Below, one piece after another: positions 27,910-38,329 of a stretch of DNA of 64,000 nucleotides. The translations under genes and the position numbers were made by a program. This stretch comes from Bacteroidales bacterium (GTDB lineage: Bacteria; Bacteroidota; Bacteroidia; Bacteroidales; VadinHA17): contig PLNF01000025.1 of assembly GCA_003141715.1 (NCBI GenBank), forward strand, positions 8,011 to 72,010. The letters are read 5' to 3'. The notes under the pieces are model-generated. The model had not been told where the DNA came from and did not search any database. It was given only the letters and a program-made list of their open reading frames with translations. How positions within the stretch are numbered: position 1 is the first letter of the stretch; every line of letters starts with the position of its first letter.

Positions 27910-29034
27910 CTATACCATCTCCATAAAAGTATCAGGATTTTCTGGTCTGTATGGCTCATTAATCCAAAACAGGGTGTATAAAGTATCATCGCCTATATTA
28001 GTAATATTATGAGTATACCAGACAGGCATATCAACATAGGATGGTTGAGAACCATCTAATTCAAAATTTAGCACTTCAGTTGTTCCGATTCTTTTAAGCT
28101 GGATCCTGGCCTTGCCCTTAATCACAATAAAGCGTTCTGCCTTCTGTGTGTGAAAATGATTCCCACGTGTAATACCAGGTTTTGTAGTCGAAAAAGAAAC
28201 CTGCCCTCCGCTATTGAGCTTAATGGTCTCAACAAAGGATCCCCTATTATCCACTTTTTGATTAAGTCTAACCGGAAAATAATTCTTAATATCGATGTAG
28301 GTTATAAATGTATTGAATAAGTCAAGTCCAAATCGGTCATCGAGATTTGGCAAGATTCCGTTTTCGAAATATAAGGATTTATAGTTTTTACACATATCTA
28401 GAATTCCTGACACTTTGATTTCGGTGGTGTTTTTTACTCTGATTAACGATAAAGCATCCTTCGGTTTTTTAATTATTAAATAATATATCTCTTCGATCAA
28501 TTCATTTACATAAATCAATTTCATAAGCCCATCTATTTCAATATGGGGTTCAATTGAATGGGTAAGCTGATAGCAGAATGTTGCAATCACCGAATTATAA
28601 AATGGATTGCCAAAGGGGCCAAAAACATTCGGAATGATCAGTCCTGTGAATTGTGCGTTATTTCTTCTTGCCCATTCTTCCAATAAAATTCTTCCTTCAT
28701 ATTTAGATTTACCATACGGATTATCGTGTTCTTCCTGGGTTGATGAAGAAAAGATTACATGGACTTTGCTCCTTGCCTGTTCAAGAGCGCCAATCAACTT
28801 TTTTACCAGACCTATATTCGTATTGTAAATTATATCAGGATTATTGTGACGGTTCATTGCTGCCAGATGAACAATTGTATCGCAATGACTTACAAAATCC
28901 ATTAATTGTTCTGAATTACTGAAATATTCATCTTTATAAGGGATCATTTGAATTTCCGTTTTTCTCAAATTCAGATAATTATACAGGTGAGTTCCTATAA
29001 AACCAGACTGACCTGTTATTCCGACTCTTAACAT
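27910..29034 (-). CDS. fnlB: FnlB/Cap5F-type reductase (SDR N-domain + cupin-like C-domain)
   Basis: VGITGQSGFIGTHL Rossmann motif, PYGKSK, and a C-terminal cupin block RGNHFHTQKAERFIVIKG. Confidence 0.75.
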   Translation of the reverse strand: MLRVGITGQSGFIGTHLYNYLNLRKTEIQMIPYKDEYFSNSEQLMDFVSHCDTIVHLAAMNRHNNPDIIYNTNIGLVKKLIGALEQARSKVHVIFSSSTQEEHDNPYGKSKYEGRILLEEWARRNNAQFTGLIIPNVFGPFGNPFYNSVIATFCYQLTHSIEPHIEIDGLMKLIYVNELIEEIYYLIIKKPKDALSLIRVKNTTEIKVSGILDMCKNYKSLYFENGILPNLDDRFGLDLFNTFITYIDIKNYFPVRLNQKVDNRGSFVETIKLNSGGQVSFSTTKPGITRGNHFHTQKAERFIVIKGKARIQLKRIGTTEVLNFELDGSQPSYVDMPVWYTHNITNIGDDTLYTLFWINEPYRPENPDTFMEMV

Positions 29035-29122
29035 ATTTAAATTAATATTTCATAATTTTGATGACCAAATAAAGAATTAAAATATTTGAAAATAAAGATA
29101 AATTATGTTCATCTCCCGTAGA

Positions 29123-30139
29123 TTAATGTCCGGCAAAATCCGCAGTAACAAGATCCAATTTAAGTAAGAGCTTTTTCATCCCTTCTATATCCAGTCGTTC
29201 TGTATTATGGGAGGTATAATCATCATACGAATTAACTTCCGGCGTTCCCTGACTGAAGTATTTTGCATAATTTAAATCCCGTGTGTCAGCACTGACACGA
29301 AAATAATTGCCCATGTCTTCTGCCCTTACCATTTCTTCACGGTTTACAAGGGTTTCATACAGTTTTTCACCGTGCCTAGTACCAATAATCTTTATTTCGG
29401 ATTTTGAATTATATAAGTCTTTCAATGCCAGGGCCACTGTTTCTATTGTAGCTGCCGGGGCCTTTTGAACAAAAATATCACCCTGCTTACCATTTTCATA
29501 AGCATATAATACCAGATCGACAGCATCATCAAGAGTCATCATGAAGCGGGTCATACCCGGGTCAGTAATAGTCAGAGGTTTCCCTGATTTAATCTGATCG
29601 ATAAATAATGGAATCACAGAACCTCTTGATGCCATAACATTCCCATAACGTGTACCACAAAGCACGGAATCTGTCATTTTAAGATTCCTTGATTTGGCGA
29701 CCATCACCTTTTCCATCAGAGCTTTTGAAAGGCCCATTGCATTGATCGGATATACTGCTTTATCAGTACTTAGCACAATCACCCGTGCAACTTTATTGGC
29801 TATGGCAGCATCAAGTACATTATTAGCGCCAATGACATTTGTCTTTACTGCTTCCATAGGGAAGAATTCACAGGAAGGAACCTGTTTAAGGGCAGCAGCA
29901 TGAAATACGTAATCGATACCCTTCATACACCCCTGAATACTATTTGGATCCCGTACATCACCAATATAGAATTTTAATTTATCTGATTTAATGGCATTCC
30001 GCATATCATCCTGCTTTTTCTCATCACGACTGAAAATACGGATCTCTTTAATATCAGAGTTGAGGAATCTCTTTAAAACGGCATTCCCGAAAGAACCAGT
30101 ACCACCAGTTATTAATAGGGTTGAATTTGATAATTTCAT
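29123..30139 (-). CDS. fnlA: UDP-GlcNAc 4,6-dehydratase/5-epimerase (FnlA/Cap5E type)
   Basis: LLITGGTGSFGNAVLKRFL, STDKAV and GTRYGNVMASRGSVIP are typical of the CapE/FnlA extended SDRs. Confidence 0.85.
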   Translation of the reverse strand: MKLSNSTLLITGGTGSFGNAVLKRFLNSDIKEIRIFSRDEKKQDDMRNAIKSDKLKFYIGDVRDPNSIQGCMKGIDYVFHAAALKQVPSCEFFPMEAVKTNVIGANNVLDAAIANKVARVIVLSTDKAVYPINAMGLSKALMEKVMVAKSRNLKMTDSVLCGTRYGNVMASRGSVIPLFIDQIKSGKPLTITDPGMTRFMMTLDDAVDLVLYAYENGKQGDIFVQKAPAATIETVALALKDLYNSKSEIKIIGTRHGEKLYETLVNREEMVRAEDMGNYFRVSADTRDLNYAKYFSQGTPEVNSYDDYTSHNTERLDIEGMKKLLLKLDLVTADFAGH

Positions 30140-30241
30140 TTCAGACTATAATTATGAACCTAAATGTGATTTATTGCTTACAATATATACGTTTCTTTAT
30201 TTTATAGGATAATAACTTTTCAAGGAAATTCCATGGATTGT

Positions 30242-30799
30242 TTACAGAACCGATTTTCCTGCAGAATAATTTAAATTATATAACCGAATATGTTCCTTGA
30301 GGTCATTTTCATTCTCAAATCTGTTCCCAATTCTTTTTGCCGGTACACCTCCTGCAATAGTGTAGGGCTCTATGTCCGCTGTCACCACTGAACCAGCCGC
30401 AATTATACTGCCCTTCCCGATCTTTACACCACTAAGGATAATTGATCCATATCCTACCCATACGTCATCTTCAATAATTACTTTGGAGTCGAGTCCTTTC
30501 CATCTATAACCATTTTGTCTGATTGACGAAGCCAGACGAATCGGAGCTCCAACCTGTTGATAATTATGGTCATATCTGCCAATAAGAGCTACATTGTTGG
30601 CAATTATTACATTATGTCCAATAACTGCATCACATTCAATCTGTGAATATCTGCCAATATAAAAATTATTTCCAATTTCCAGACAGTTTTTTGCCCAAAG
30701 GATTACAGATCTTCCGCAATAAAAATTCTTACCAATACGATATCTTCTCCATAAAATTTTAACAAGAAGTAAAAATCTTATTTTTCTTAACAGATTCAT
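30242..30799 (-). CDS. hexapeptide-repeat (LbH) O-acetyltransferase
   Basis: Repeated [LIV]G-x4 hexapeptides (IGHNVIIANNVALIG, IEDDVWVGYGSIILSGVKIGKGSIIAAGSVV). Confidence 0.8.
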   Translation of the reverse strand: MNLLRKIRFLLLVKILWRRYRIGKNFYCGRSVILWAKNCLEIGNNFYIGRYSQIECDAVIGHNVIIANNVALIGRYDHNYQQVGAPIRLASSIRQNGYRWKGLDSKVIIEDDVWVGYGSIILSGVKIGKGSIIAAGSVVTADIEPYTIAGGVPAKRIGNRFENENDLKEHIRLYNLNYSAGKSVL

Positions 30800-30849
30800 T
30801 ATAAAATAATTATTTAATTTAGGATTAGAAAGTATATCAGTTCTCCTGA

Positions 30850-31947
30850 CTAAATCTCAGTATAATAAATTAATTTATTCATCATTGATTCGACACTATG
30901 ATTTGTAAAAAGAAATGATTCTGCTTTACCTCCCATTTCTTTCCAATCCTGGGGGGATTTTGAGATTATATAACTATGAGCATCATTTAACTCAGTATAA
31001 ATATACCCTGTTTCATCCTTAATTATCAGATCCTTTTCCGCTCCATCAGCCCTACTGCAGATAACAGGTACACCAAATGCCATAGATTGGTTAATAGAGA
31101 GCCCCCCTAATCCCGGCAAAATTGAAAATGAAGCTAGATTATAGTAATGATTCAGCTGTTCCATTTTCTTATATCCTACAAATATATGATTAGTTCCTTC
31201 AAATGTTTGTTCCAATTCAGCTTTGTACTGTGGTGTCCCATCGCCAACAATTATCAGATAATACTTGTCGCCCAGCATTCTTAACAAAGTTGCCATTGAT
31301 TCAATTTTTTTACTCCTGAGCAAAGAGCCGACAAAAATCAGGAAGATGTAATCTCCCTTTGATTGTTCGATAAGTTCCTGAGGAATTGTAGGATCAACCT
31401 CAGATCTTAAATTTCTGATTTTTCTTGTATCAATGGTATTGTTCAGAATAATCAGTTTACTCTCCTCTATTCCAAGGTTTTTAAAATAAACCTGACTCTG
31501 AGAATTATATCCATAAATATATAAAGAGTGTTTCAGGAGAAGTTTATAAATATTCATATAAACTTTTCTGAAGAATGAATTTCCAAAGTTGGCATATTCT
31601 TTACCCAGATCCCAGATTATGTATTTTCGTTTAAAAATCTTACAGTACAGGTATACCTGAAAATTATTAACAGTGTTTTGACCACCCTCTGTCACTATTA
31701 TTCTTGGATTAATACGAATAAGGCTGAAAAATAAAAACGGAAAGATCACATAATTCTCCCCGATAAAAAAGTAAAATATCTTCTCGATAAATGATTTGTT
31801 TTTTGCTTCATCATGTACTTTTACCCGTCCAAGTGAAGAAGTCGAATTGATGAGCTTAAAATCACACTTAATATCAGACAAATAATCGAAAAAACCTTCC
31901 CTGAAATTGTAATAGAATCGCTGTATTATTAATAGCCTTTTCCCCAT
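30850..31947 (-). CDS. glycosyltransferase, GT4-like (GT-B fold)
   Basis: C-terminal GLGGLSINQSMAFGVPVICSRADGAEKDLI block is typical of GT1/GT4 retaining transferases. Confidence 0.7.
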   Translation of the reverse strand: MGKRLLIIQRFYYNFREGFFDYLSDIKCDFKLINSTSSLGRVKVHDEAKNKSFIEKIFYFFIGENYVIFPFLFFSLIRINPRIIVTEGGQNTVNNFQVYLYCKIFKRKYIIWDLGKEYANFGNSFFRKVYMNIYKLLLKHSLYIYGYNSQSQVYFKNLGIEESKLIILNNTIDTRKIRNLRSEVDPTIPQELIEQSKGDYIFLIFVGSLLRSKKIESMATLLRMLGDKYYLIIVGDGTPQYKAELEQTFEGTNHIFVGYKKMEQLNHYYNLASFSILPGLGGLSINQSMAFGVPVICSRADGAEKDLIIKDETGYIYTELNDAHSYIISKSPQDWKEMGGKAESFLFTNHSVESMMNKLIYYTEI

Positions 31948-32016
31948 AGTCTGATCATTTAACTTAAATAGAAATAAAATTTGAATCCTTTATTCAAGAA
32001 ATATTTTGCAGGAATA

Positions 32017-33006
32017 TCAACTAATGAGCAAATCAGATAGATTTCCAGAATTTAATGTAATATACTTCTGAGTAACTAACAAAAGATTAATCAATGCCTG
32101 TCGCGATAAAGTCTTCGGATGTGAGATTATCACAAGTATATAATGATCAGCAAAATGAAATTTTAATAAATACTTAAAGAATCTACTATTTGTATTATCA
32201 ATGGTCAGGAAGGCTTTTGAAACAGCTATTCTCCTGGATAATGATCTCAGAAAAAAGTGTGATTTTTCCTGAATGCCCTTTCCATCCCCAAATATTTTAT
32301 CTTTATTGAGTTTTAAAAGTAGTTTATTCGTCAGACGGTAGAAAGGATTATTCTGATATATACTCAATGGTATTTCAATAAAGTTGCCCTTAGGGTCGGG
32401 TTTTTTTATATCATTTTGAAAATGATAAAATGGAATATCCTGAACATCAGAGAAGTCAAAATCATATTCATTACCTCCTCTTAGGAACATTCCCGGAACA
32501 ACTGAAAAATCGTACTTTATTCCAGTAATCTCAAAGGCTCTTTTAACCTGTTCAAAAGGTTCTATACAGAAACCACCTGCCCTGAAACATTGGATTTTTT
32601 GTAAGGTTATGCTCTCAAGAAGCTCAATAGACTTATTGAAAAGATCAACAATATTATCCTGACTCAAAGAATGTAATCGATAGTTTTCATCTGATCCAAA
32701 TACTATTTTATCTCCTTTTCGATAAGCCTTTAACCACTGTGGATGCAAATGCAGTTCAACGGAGGACCCTGATTCAATGATATCTTTCAATTGTAGGGAA
32801 ACAAGTTTAAAATCCTCATAAAAATTCCCCTTCAGAAAAAGAAGCCAAGTTGTATCGACAAAAAAAATCGCCCTGGCATTGTTCTGTTTCAGAACTCTCA
32901 ATATCTGGTCTGTAGGTCTTATTACACTTTTAACAATATTCCCAGTTTGTTGACCCAAGAATACCTCATAGTCAAATGTAAGAATTAAATTCTTTACCTT
33001 TCGCAC
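32017..33006 (-). CDS. polysaccharide-deacetylase-like protein
   Basis: LILTFDYEVFLG, RAIFFVD and ELHLHPQW blocks resemble NodB-homology/CE4-related proteins. Weak call. Confidence 0.45.
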   Translation of the reverse strand: MRKVKNLILTFDYEVFLGQQTGNIVKSVIRPTDQILRVLKQNNARAIFFVDTTWLLFLKGNFYEDFKLVSLQLKDIIESGSSVELHLHPQWLKAYRKGDKIVFGSDENYRLHSLSQDNIVDLFNKSIELLESITLQKIQCFRAGGFCIEPFEQVKRAFEITGIKYDFSVVPGMFLRGGNEYDFDFSDVQDIPFYHFQNDIKKPDPKGNFIEIPLSIYQNNPFYRLTNKLLLKLNKDKIFGDGKGIQEKSHFFLRSLSRRIAVSKAFLTIDNTNSRFFKYLLKFHFADHYILVIISHPKTLSRQALINLLLVTQKYITLNSGNLSDLLIS

Positions 33007-33076
33007 GTCTATTATCCTATAAATTCCTTATTATTTAGTAATTAAACAAAGCAAAAGAATTATGAATTAAGATTGG

Positions 33077-33997
33077 TTATTTATATTCATAATACTTAAT
33101 ATTGAACAATCCTGCAAATCCGCCAACCCCCTCAGACGCTTTTATGAGACCCCAGTATCTCCTTTTAAAAGGGAAAGGGATAAATGAAAATGCAAGTAAC
33201 CCTACTATTAAGTATAGAGTGCTTACGGCTATTTTCTTACTTAATTTAAGGTATTCCTTTTCTAACTTTAACATGTATGTATACGTAATAGCACTATTAT
33301 AAGTTCTCAACATCAGCCATCTCAGAGTTGTCCTGTTCCCAGGAATAGATTCATAGGCTACAGACTTATCAGACCAGTATATAACAGATCCCTTTTTAAT
33401 CATCTGTATGCCGAAATATGAATCCTCAAAACCAGTCAAATTGAATCTGTTATCAAACCAGATGTTGTATTTTTTTAATGATGTTACCCTTAGAATAAGG
33501 TTACCTGTTGTAAAGGAGTAAATCCGTGAACCATCTGGGTAACTCTCACGGGAGAACCAGCACCAGATCCGATCAGGACATTTTTCTTCAGCAATTGCCA
33601 CTACAGGGCCACGTGCTGCATCAGCATTATTGTTAATTATGGTCTCAACGAGAGAGCTTATCCATTCTTTTGTCACATATTCATCATCATCAATGAATAC
33701 CAAAAAATCAGGATTCAATAGAAGACCCCTTCTTATCAATTCATTCCTGACATTTGAAAGTCCCTTTACAGTATACTCATAATAGTAGATTTCAAATACA
33801 CCACTAAATTCTGCTATAAGTTTATCAGCAGTAGATCTTGCACTAAAATTGGTATCATTATCTACAATCAAAATATTCACTTTCTTTATCAGCGAGATAT
33901 CAAATCTGCATTGACCGATACTTCGAATGAGTCTATTCAGAGATAATGGCCTCTTGTAGGTAGGTATACATATCGTCAGGTCATACATTTGGATCAA
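33077..33997 (-). CDS. glycosyltransferase family 2
   Basis: LTICIPTYKRPLSL, ILIVDND and VFIDDDEY (DxD) motifs. C-terminal TM helix. Confidence 0.85.
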   Translation of the reverse strand: MIQMYDLTICIPTYKRPLSLNRLIRSIGQCRFDISLIKKVNILIVDNDTNFSARSTADKLIAEFSGVFEIYYYEYTVKGLSNVRNELIRRGLLLNPDFLVFIDDDEYVTKEWISSLVETIINNNADAARGPVVAIAEEKCPDRIWCWFSRESYPDGSRIYSFTTGNLILRVTSLKKYNIWFDNRFNLTGFEDSYFGIQMIKKGSVIYWSDKSVAYESIPGNRTTLRWLMLRTYNSAITYTYMLKLEKEYLKLSKKIAVSTLYLIVGLLAFSFIPFPFKRRYWGLIKASEGVGGFAGLFNIKYYEYK

Positions 33998-34005
33998 AAA
34001 ATTTA

Positions 34006-35097
34006 CTATAATTCATTTATTAACTCATTGAACTTTCCAAGTGTTGCCTGAAAAGAATACTTTTCAAGAAACATTTGGCGGCTGTAAGCATTGAACCTTT
34101 TTATGATCCTGTAACATTTTGAATTTATAAAATTAATAAACTCGTCCTTATTGTTGCAAACGGCACCAACTCTTTCAAACTCTAGTTCATATCCGGAGAA
34201 GGCTTCCCTAGTACCAATGATGTTTTTACCGTACATTAATGATTCACAGATCTTTACCTTCATGCCACTCCCTTTGAATATTGGAGAAATGACATAATCA
34301 GCAGCAAAAAGAACAATTGAAAGATCAGGCACAAATCCAAGGAACTCTATTTTAGGATGAATGAAGTTTTTCCTTAAAGGTTCCATATCTGATCCTACAA
34401 TCTGAAGTTTAATGTCTACATAATCCAGTACGTTATTTATGAACCATTTCAATCCGTGAATATTGGCATACCAGTTATTACCGATAAAAATAAAAGTAGG
34501 TGGTTGTGAGGTCATATTAGATTCATGCTCCCTTAACAATTCAAATACTTTATCAGGAAGACTTATGGGTATTATCTTAACAGAATCGACCCCATACAAT
34601 CTTTCTAGGGAAATGTTATCTCGTTTGTTTAATGCAACCAACCTGTCAGAGTAGCTGCAGGCTTTCTTTTCGTTATAATGAAGAAGTAATATTTTGTAAA
34701 AGTTTAACGGATTACTTCTGGTTTTCTGGCATTGTATGATATATTCTATATTGTGGAAATGACAAATAATTCTACCCGAGTACCCTGATTTCTTCAGGTA
34801 ATATGCAATAACACCATAACTTGAAGTATCAATAAATATGTAATCATACTGTCTTGCAATACCAATAATATACTTAACTTTCTGGTAAGATAAGCCCCAA
34901 TAAAATCCTACAAACTGATTGAGTCTCCTTATGATTCTCTTCTTTAGAGACAGTTTCTCTTCATAAGACAGATTTATAACATCTACATGCCCCACACCCA
35001 GCAATTCACAAAATGAAAGATAGTTTCGATTCGTGCATTGTGAACCTCCGTTATCATTCTTTCGTACATCCCTTGAACTAATAAACAGCAACTTCAT
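34006..35097 (-). CDS. glycosyltransferase, GT4-like
   Basis: GT-B fold layout. C-terminal SPIFKGSGMKVKICESLMYGKNIIGT block. Overlaps the wzy 3' end by 20 nt. Confidence 0.65.
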   Translation of the reverse strand: MKLLFISSRDVRKNDNGGSQCTNRNYLSFCELLGVGHVDVINLSYEEKLSLKKRIIRRLNQFVGFYWGLSYQKVKYIIGIARQYDYIFIDTSSYGVIAYYLKKSGYSGRIICHFHNIEYIIQCQKTRSNPLNFYKILLLHYNEKKACSYSDRLVALNKRDNISLERLYGVDSVKIIPISLPDKVFELLREHESNMTSQPPTFIFIGNNWYANIHGLKWFINNVLDYVDIKLQIVGSDMEPLRKNFIHPKIEFLGFVPDLSIVLFAADYVISPIFKGSGMKVKICESLMYGKNIIGTREAFSGYELEFERVGAVCNNKDEFINFINSKCYRIIKRFNAYSRQMFLEKYSFQATLGKFNELINEL

Positions 35098-36271
35098 CTT
35101 CAGAAATTTGATTATTGTAATTCTCCTTTACAACCTTATCAATTAAATACAACCCTATTGCTTGAACAACGAAAATACCTTCCCTGAAGATTTCCATTGT
35201 AGTAAAAGAGACAAGGAACAGATAGGCAAAGTAGAGATTAAGATAAAGTTTATCCTTTGGTAATTTAATAAACATCGCTTTTATGGTATACCAAAGTATT
35301 CCAGCAACTGCAACAGGACCAATCATTATGTAAAGTCCAAGTAATCCAATGTCTGACCAATAATATCCATAGTTCCACCCAAAAGATTCTACAAGTGCGT
35401 AATATTGACTATAACCTCCAGGCAGTCCGCTCCCAAGAAAAAACACTGAACCATTTTTTGGGAATTTATTAAAGAAAAAGTCTAATTGAAGAATACGAAC
35501 ATACTTATCTCCCTGTTCGAAAATTTCTTCCGTTGAAGTGACCATCCCTTTTAAAATATTAGAAATCCCCTCGACTTGAGACAAACCAACGAAAAGTAAA
35601 GCCAGAAAAACAAAAACGGAATAATCTCTTATGTTAAAAGAGACCAATCTGATAAACATTATTACAGATAGAAAGAGAGCAACAAAAGTTAGGGTACGAA
35701 AACCTCCCATCAACAATATTACGAAAAATCCTAACGAAGTTATTAAATATATAAATTTCCGAGATAGAAAAAATCGATTTAGCAATAAAAAGTAAGCCAA
35801 AACTAAAAAGCCATTCCCCTCTATTCTAAGACGAATTGTTCCGCGATCTGCATACAATGAGCTATTAATTATTTGATAAGGATCTACCAAAACCTGAATA
35901 ATATAAAGCAGAGAGTATATAACAGCAAATAGAATAATAATATTTTCAAGATATTTTATGCTGATTTCCATCTTATGCAGAAAGAAATAGAATAGAATAA
36001 AATAGTAAGTAGAAAATGCAAGCAGAGTAGCTATTGGGCTTTGCCCCTGGTTTATGTAAGCAGAAAACGCATTTAAAATTATCCCAACAAAGAATAGCAA
36101 AATAGCACTTCTAAAATTTAATCCCTTTGCTTTAATTACAAGTAAAAAGCATACTCCCATGATAAACCATGAGAGAAAGTTTTCAGTATTAAATTTTTGA
36201 GGTATGAAATTAATCCCCCAGAAGTGGATTGAAAATATTAGTATAATGATAAAAAGTGATTTTTTTAACAC
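35078..36271 (-). CDS. wzy: O-antigen/EPS repeat-unit polymerase (Wzy-like)
   Basis: About 10-11 predicted TM helices with one larger loop. Position within a Wzx/GT cluster. No strong motif, which is expected for Wzy. Apparent GTG start. Confidence 0.6.
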   Translation of the reverse strand: MLKKSLFIIILIFSIHFWGINFIPQKFNTENFLSWFIMGVCFLLVIKAKGLNFRSAILLFFVGIILNAFSAYINQGQSPIATLLAFSTYYFILFYFFLHKMEISIKYLENIIILFAVIYSLLYIIQVLVDPYQIINSSLYADRGTIRLRIEGNGFLVLAYFLLLNRFFLSRKFIYLITSLGFFVILLMGGFRTLTFVALFLSVIMFIRLVSFNIRDYSVFVFLALLFVGLSQVEGISNILKGMVTSTEEIFEQGDKYVRILQLDFFFNKFPKNGSVFFLGSGLPGGYSQYYALVESFGWNYGYYWSDIGLLGLYIMIGPVAVAGILWYTIKAMFIKLPKDKLYLNLYFAYLFLVSFTTMEIFREGIFVVQAIGLYLIDKVVKENYNNQISEDEVAVY

Positions 36272-36291
36272 GTTACAAAAATAATATTAAC

Positions 36292-36981
36292 TTATCTGAA
36301 TAATGAATAGTAAAGAAGTTTCCCTCTAAGCTTATTAAAACCAGTGAATTGGAGTTTTCCTTCATTTATCCATCCGACAATGTCAAATTGTTTCATACAT
36401 GCTCTGAACATAAAAACACCATTTTCAACAAAATTATTTATTTTTATACAGCTTTTAGAGTCAGAGTATGAAGTTTTGCTGAAGCAAATTTTTCTCAAAT
36501 AAGGAAGACTATCAAAGTCCTTTAAATGATCCTCCGTAGCATAATCTTTGTCTAATGTGAACTTTACATAAAGGTTATCCCAGTTAATCCTTATTCTTCG
36601 CCGGTTCCATTTTTCTAAAGCTTCTTCTTCCGAGTTGTAATGCAGGAAATGTACCTCAATGTCCAATAACCTACCTATTGGGAATAGCCCTGCACTTTCC
36701 CGTAATTCATTTACCAGTTGATAACTTGATTCAGAAGTAAATTCTAATTTTGCTTCAATATATTTGTGAGGGTTTTTCAGAAATTTCAAATAACAGGGAG
36801 CCATCAACATCAATCCGATAAATGGCGTATTATATGGTAATTGCATCCTTCTGTATAGTTCGCCTCCCCAGCAATCATTTGAAAAAATACAAAAATTTTT
36901 CTGTTTTATGGATAAATGAAAAAACCATTTATTAAATTGATCGAGTGCTATCTGAAGTATCTTTTTAAGAATGCGTATCAT
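36292..36981 (-). CDS. DUF1919-family protein
   Basis: IFSNDCWGGELYRRMQLPYNTPFIGLMLMAPCYLKFLKN matches the DUF1919 N-terminal signature common in EPS loci. Confidence 0.7.
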   Translation of the reverse strand: MIRILKKILQIALDQFNKWFFHLSIKQKNFCIFSNDCWGGELYRRMQLPYNTPFIGLMLMAPCYLKFLKNPHKYIEAKLEFTSESSYQLVNELRESAGLFPIGRLLDIEVHFLHYNSEEEALEKWNRRRIRINWDNLYVKFTLDKDYATEDHLKDFDSLPYLRKICFSKTSYSDSKSCIKINNFVENGVFMFRACMKQFDIVGWINEGKLQFTGFNKLRGKLLYYSLFR

Positions 36982-37051
36982 GGTATATTTATTACTTAAT
37001 ATTTAAATAATAAATTGTATAAAAGAGGAACATGAAAAGTGAATCATAATT

Positions 37052-38278
37052 TTAATCAGCTCTGAAATGAGATTCTGTGACACTTTTCATCATACTATTA
37101 TACCTTTCCAGTTGATTGATCCTGAAAAGATTACATTTTGAAAGATCAAACTCACTGATTTTCTGAAATACTACTTCAGGACTGGGACATCTTGTACCTT
37201 TTCCTAGCATGTTGATAGAGTTTTTCAAAAAACCAGCAAAGGATAAAATGTCATGGATTTTACTTGAACCTAAATTTACAAAATACTTAAACCTTACAAT
37301 TCCATAATAATCAAATGAATAAAAAGGTATTTTGTTATGTAAGGCAATTATAATAGGATGCATCTGTTCGCCGATATATGCCGAGGAATATTTGATTAAT
37401 CCATACCATTCCTGGGGCTTTAATGGTGACTTTACAGTTAACGAAAAAGGGTGATCAAATAAAATTCCACCAGGCCCCGTTAACGCGACACAGGATAATT
37501 TATTCTTTTCAGCAAGTAGCTGAAATGAATTCAGCCATTCTCTTGAGACGACATTTGGTCCCCTGAAACTAAAGAGTATATAATTCTCAGGAAGATTAAA
37601 AATTTTTAAAATTTCATCTTTGGAATACTGCTCTTTTATATTCTGGTTGTATGCAAAAACCGGATCAGGTGTTATTTGTGGAACAATTTCTCCTTCAGTC
37701 AAATACTTAATCATTTCTCTTGTCCAGCTATCCCGAACTGAAATAGAAGTAAACTTATGAAGTGATTTTTTCATTTGTTTCCTTAATCTGCCTTTGATGA
37801 AATAGAATTCCGTATTTTGCGTTGAAGCTGACATAATTACGATTGGAATTTTCCTATTTAGACCACTAATAAAGCTCCCCCAAAAAGGATTTGGGAATAA
37901 AACATCAGTTCCTGGATTTTTTCCAATTGTTATACCTTTTTTTGAAAGATTAATTCTGGATAAGAATGTTTTATGCTGTAAGATAGCATCGCTCCCATTT
38001 ATGATTACTTGTATGTCTTCATTTTCAATGACTTTAATGATATCTGAATCTGTTCTGCAAATCTCAGTACAAGGGAGATAGTTCTTTACAAACTTATTAT
38101 GAGCATCTGCTTGTATTGGTGATACAATGCGATTAGATCGGGCTTCCAAATCTGCTGGCATCCAGTTTATAACAATCGGATCAAATCCATTATTCTTTAA
38201 ATACCCGACTGTCGAATAAACCTGCAAGTTGGCTCCAAAGTTATAAACTGAATGATAAGTAAGTATCCCTATTTTCAT
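37052..38278 (-). CDS. polysaccharide pyruvyl transferase family protein
   Basis: MKIGILTYHSVYNFGANLQVYSTVGYLKNNGF N-terminus and overall length are typical of the CsaB/WcaK-like family. Confidence 0.75.
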   Translation of the reverse strand: MKIGILTYHSVYNFGANLQVYSTVGYLKNNGFDPIVINWMPADLEARSNRIVSPIQADAHNKFVKNYLPCTEICRTDSDIIKVIENEDIQVIINGSDAILQHKTFLSRINLSKKGITIGKNPGTDVLFPNPFWGSFISGLNRKIPIVIMSASTQNTEFYFIKGRLRKQMKKSLHKFTSISVRDSWTREMIKYLTEGEIVPQITPDPVFAYNQNIKEQYSKDEILKIFNLPENYILFSFRGPNVVSREWLNSFQLLAEKNKLSCVALTGPGGILFDHPFSLTVKSPLKPQEWYGLIKYSSAYIGEQMHPIIIALHNKIPFYSFDYYGIVRFKYFVNLGSSKIHDILSFAGFLKNSINMLGKGTRCPSPEVVFQKISEFDLSKCNLFRINQLERYNSMMKSVTESHFRAD

Positions 38279-38329
38279 ATCTGATTGATTTGATTTATTT
38301 TTTTAGGATAAAACAGAAACGTAAAAATT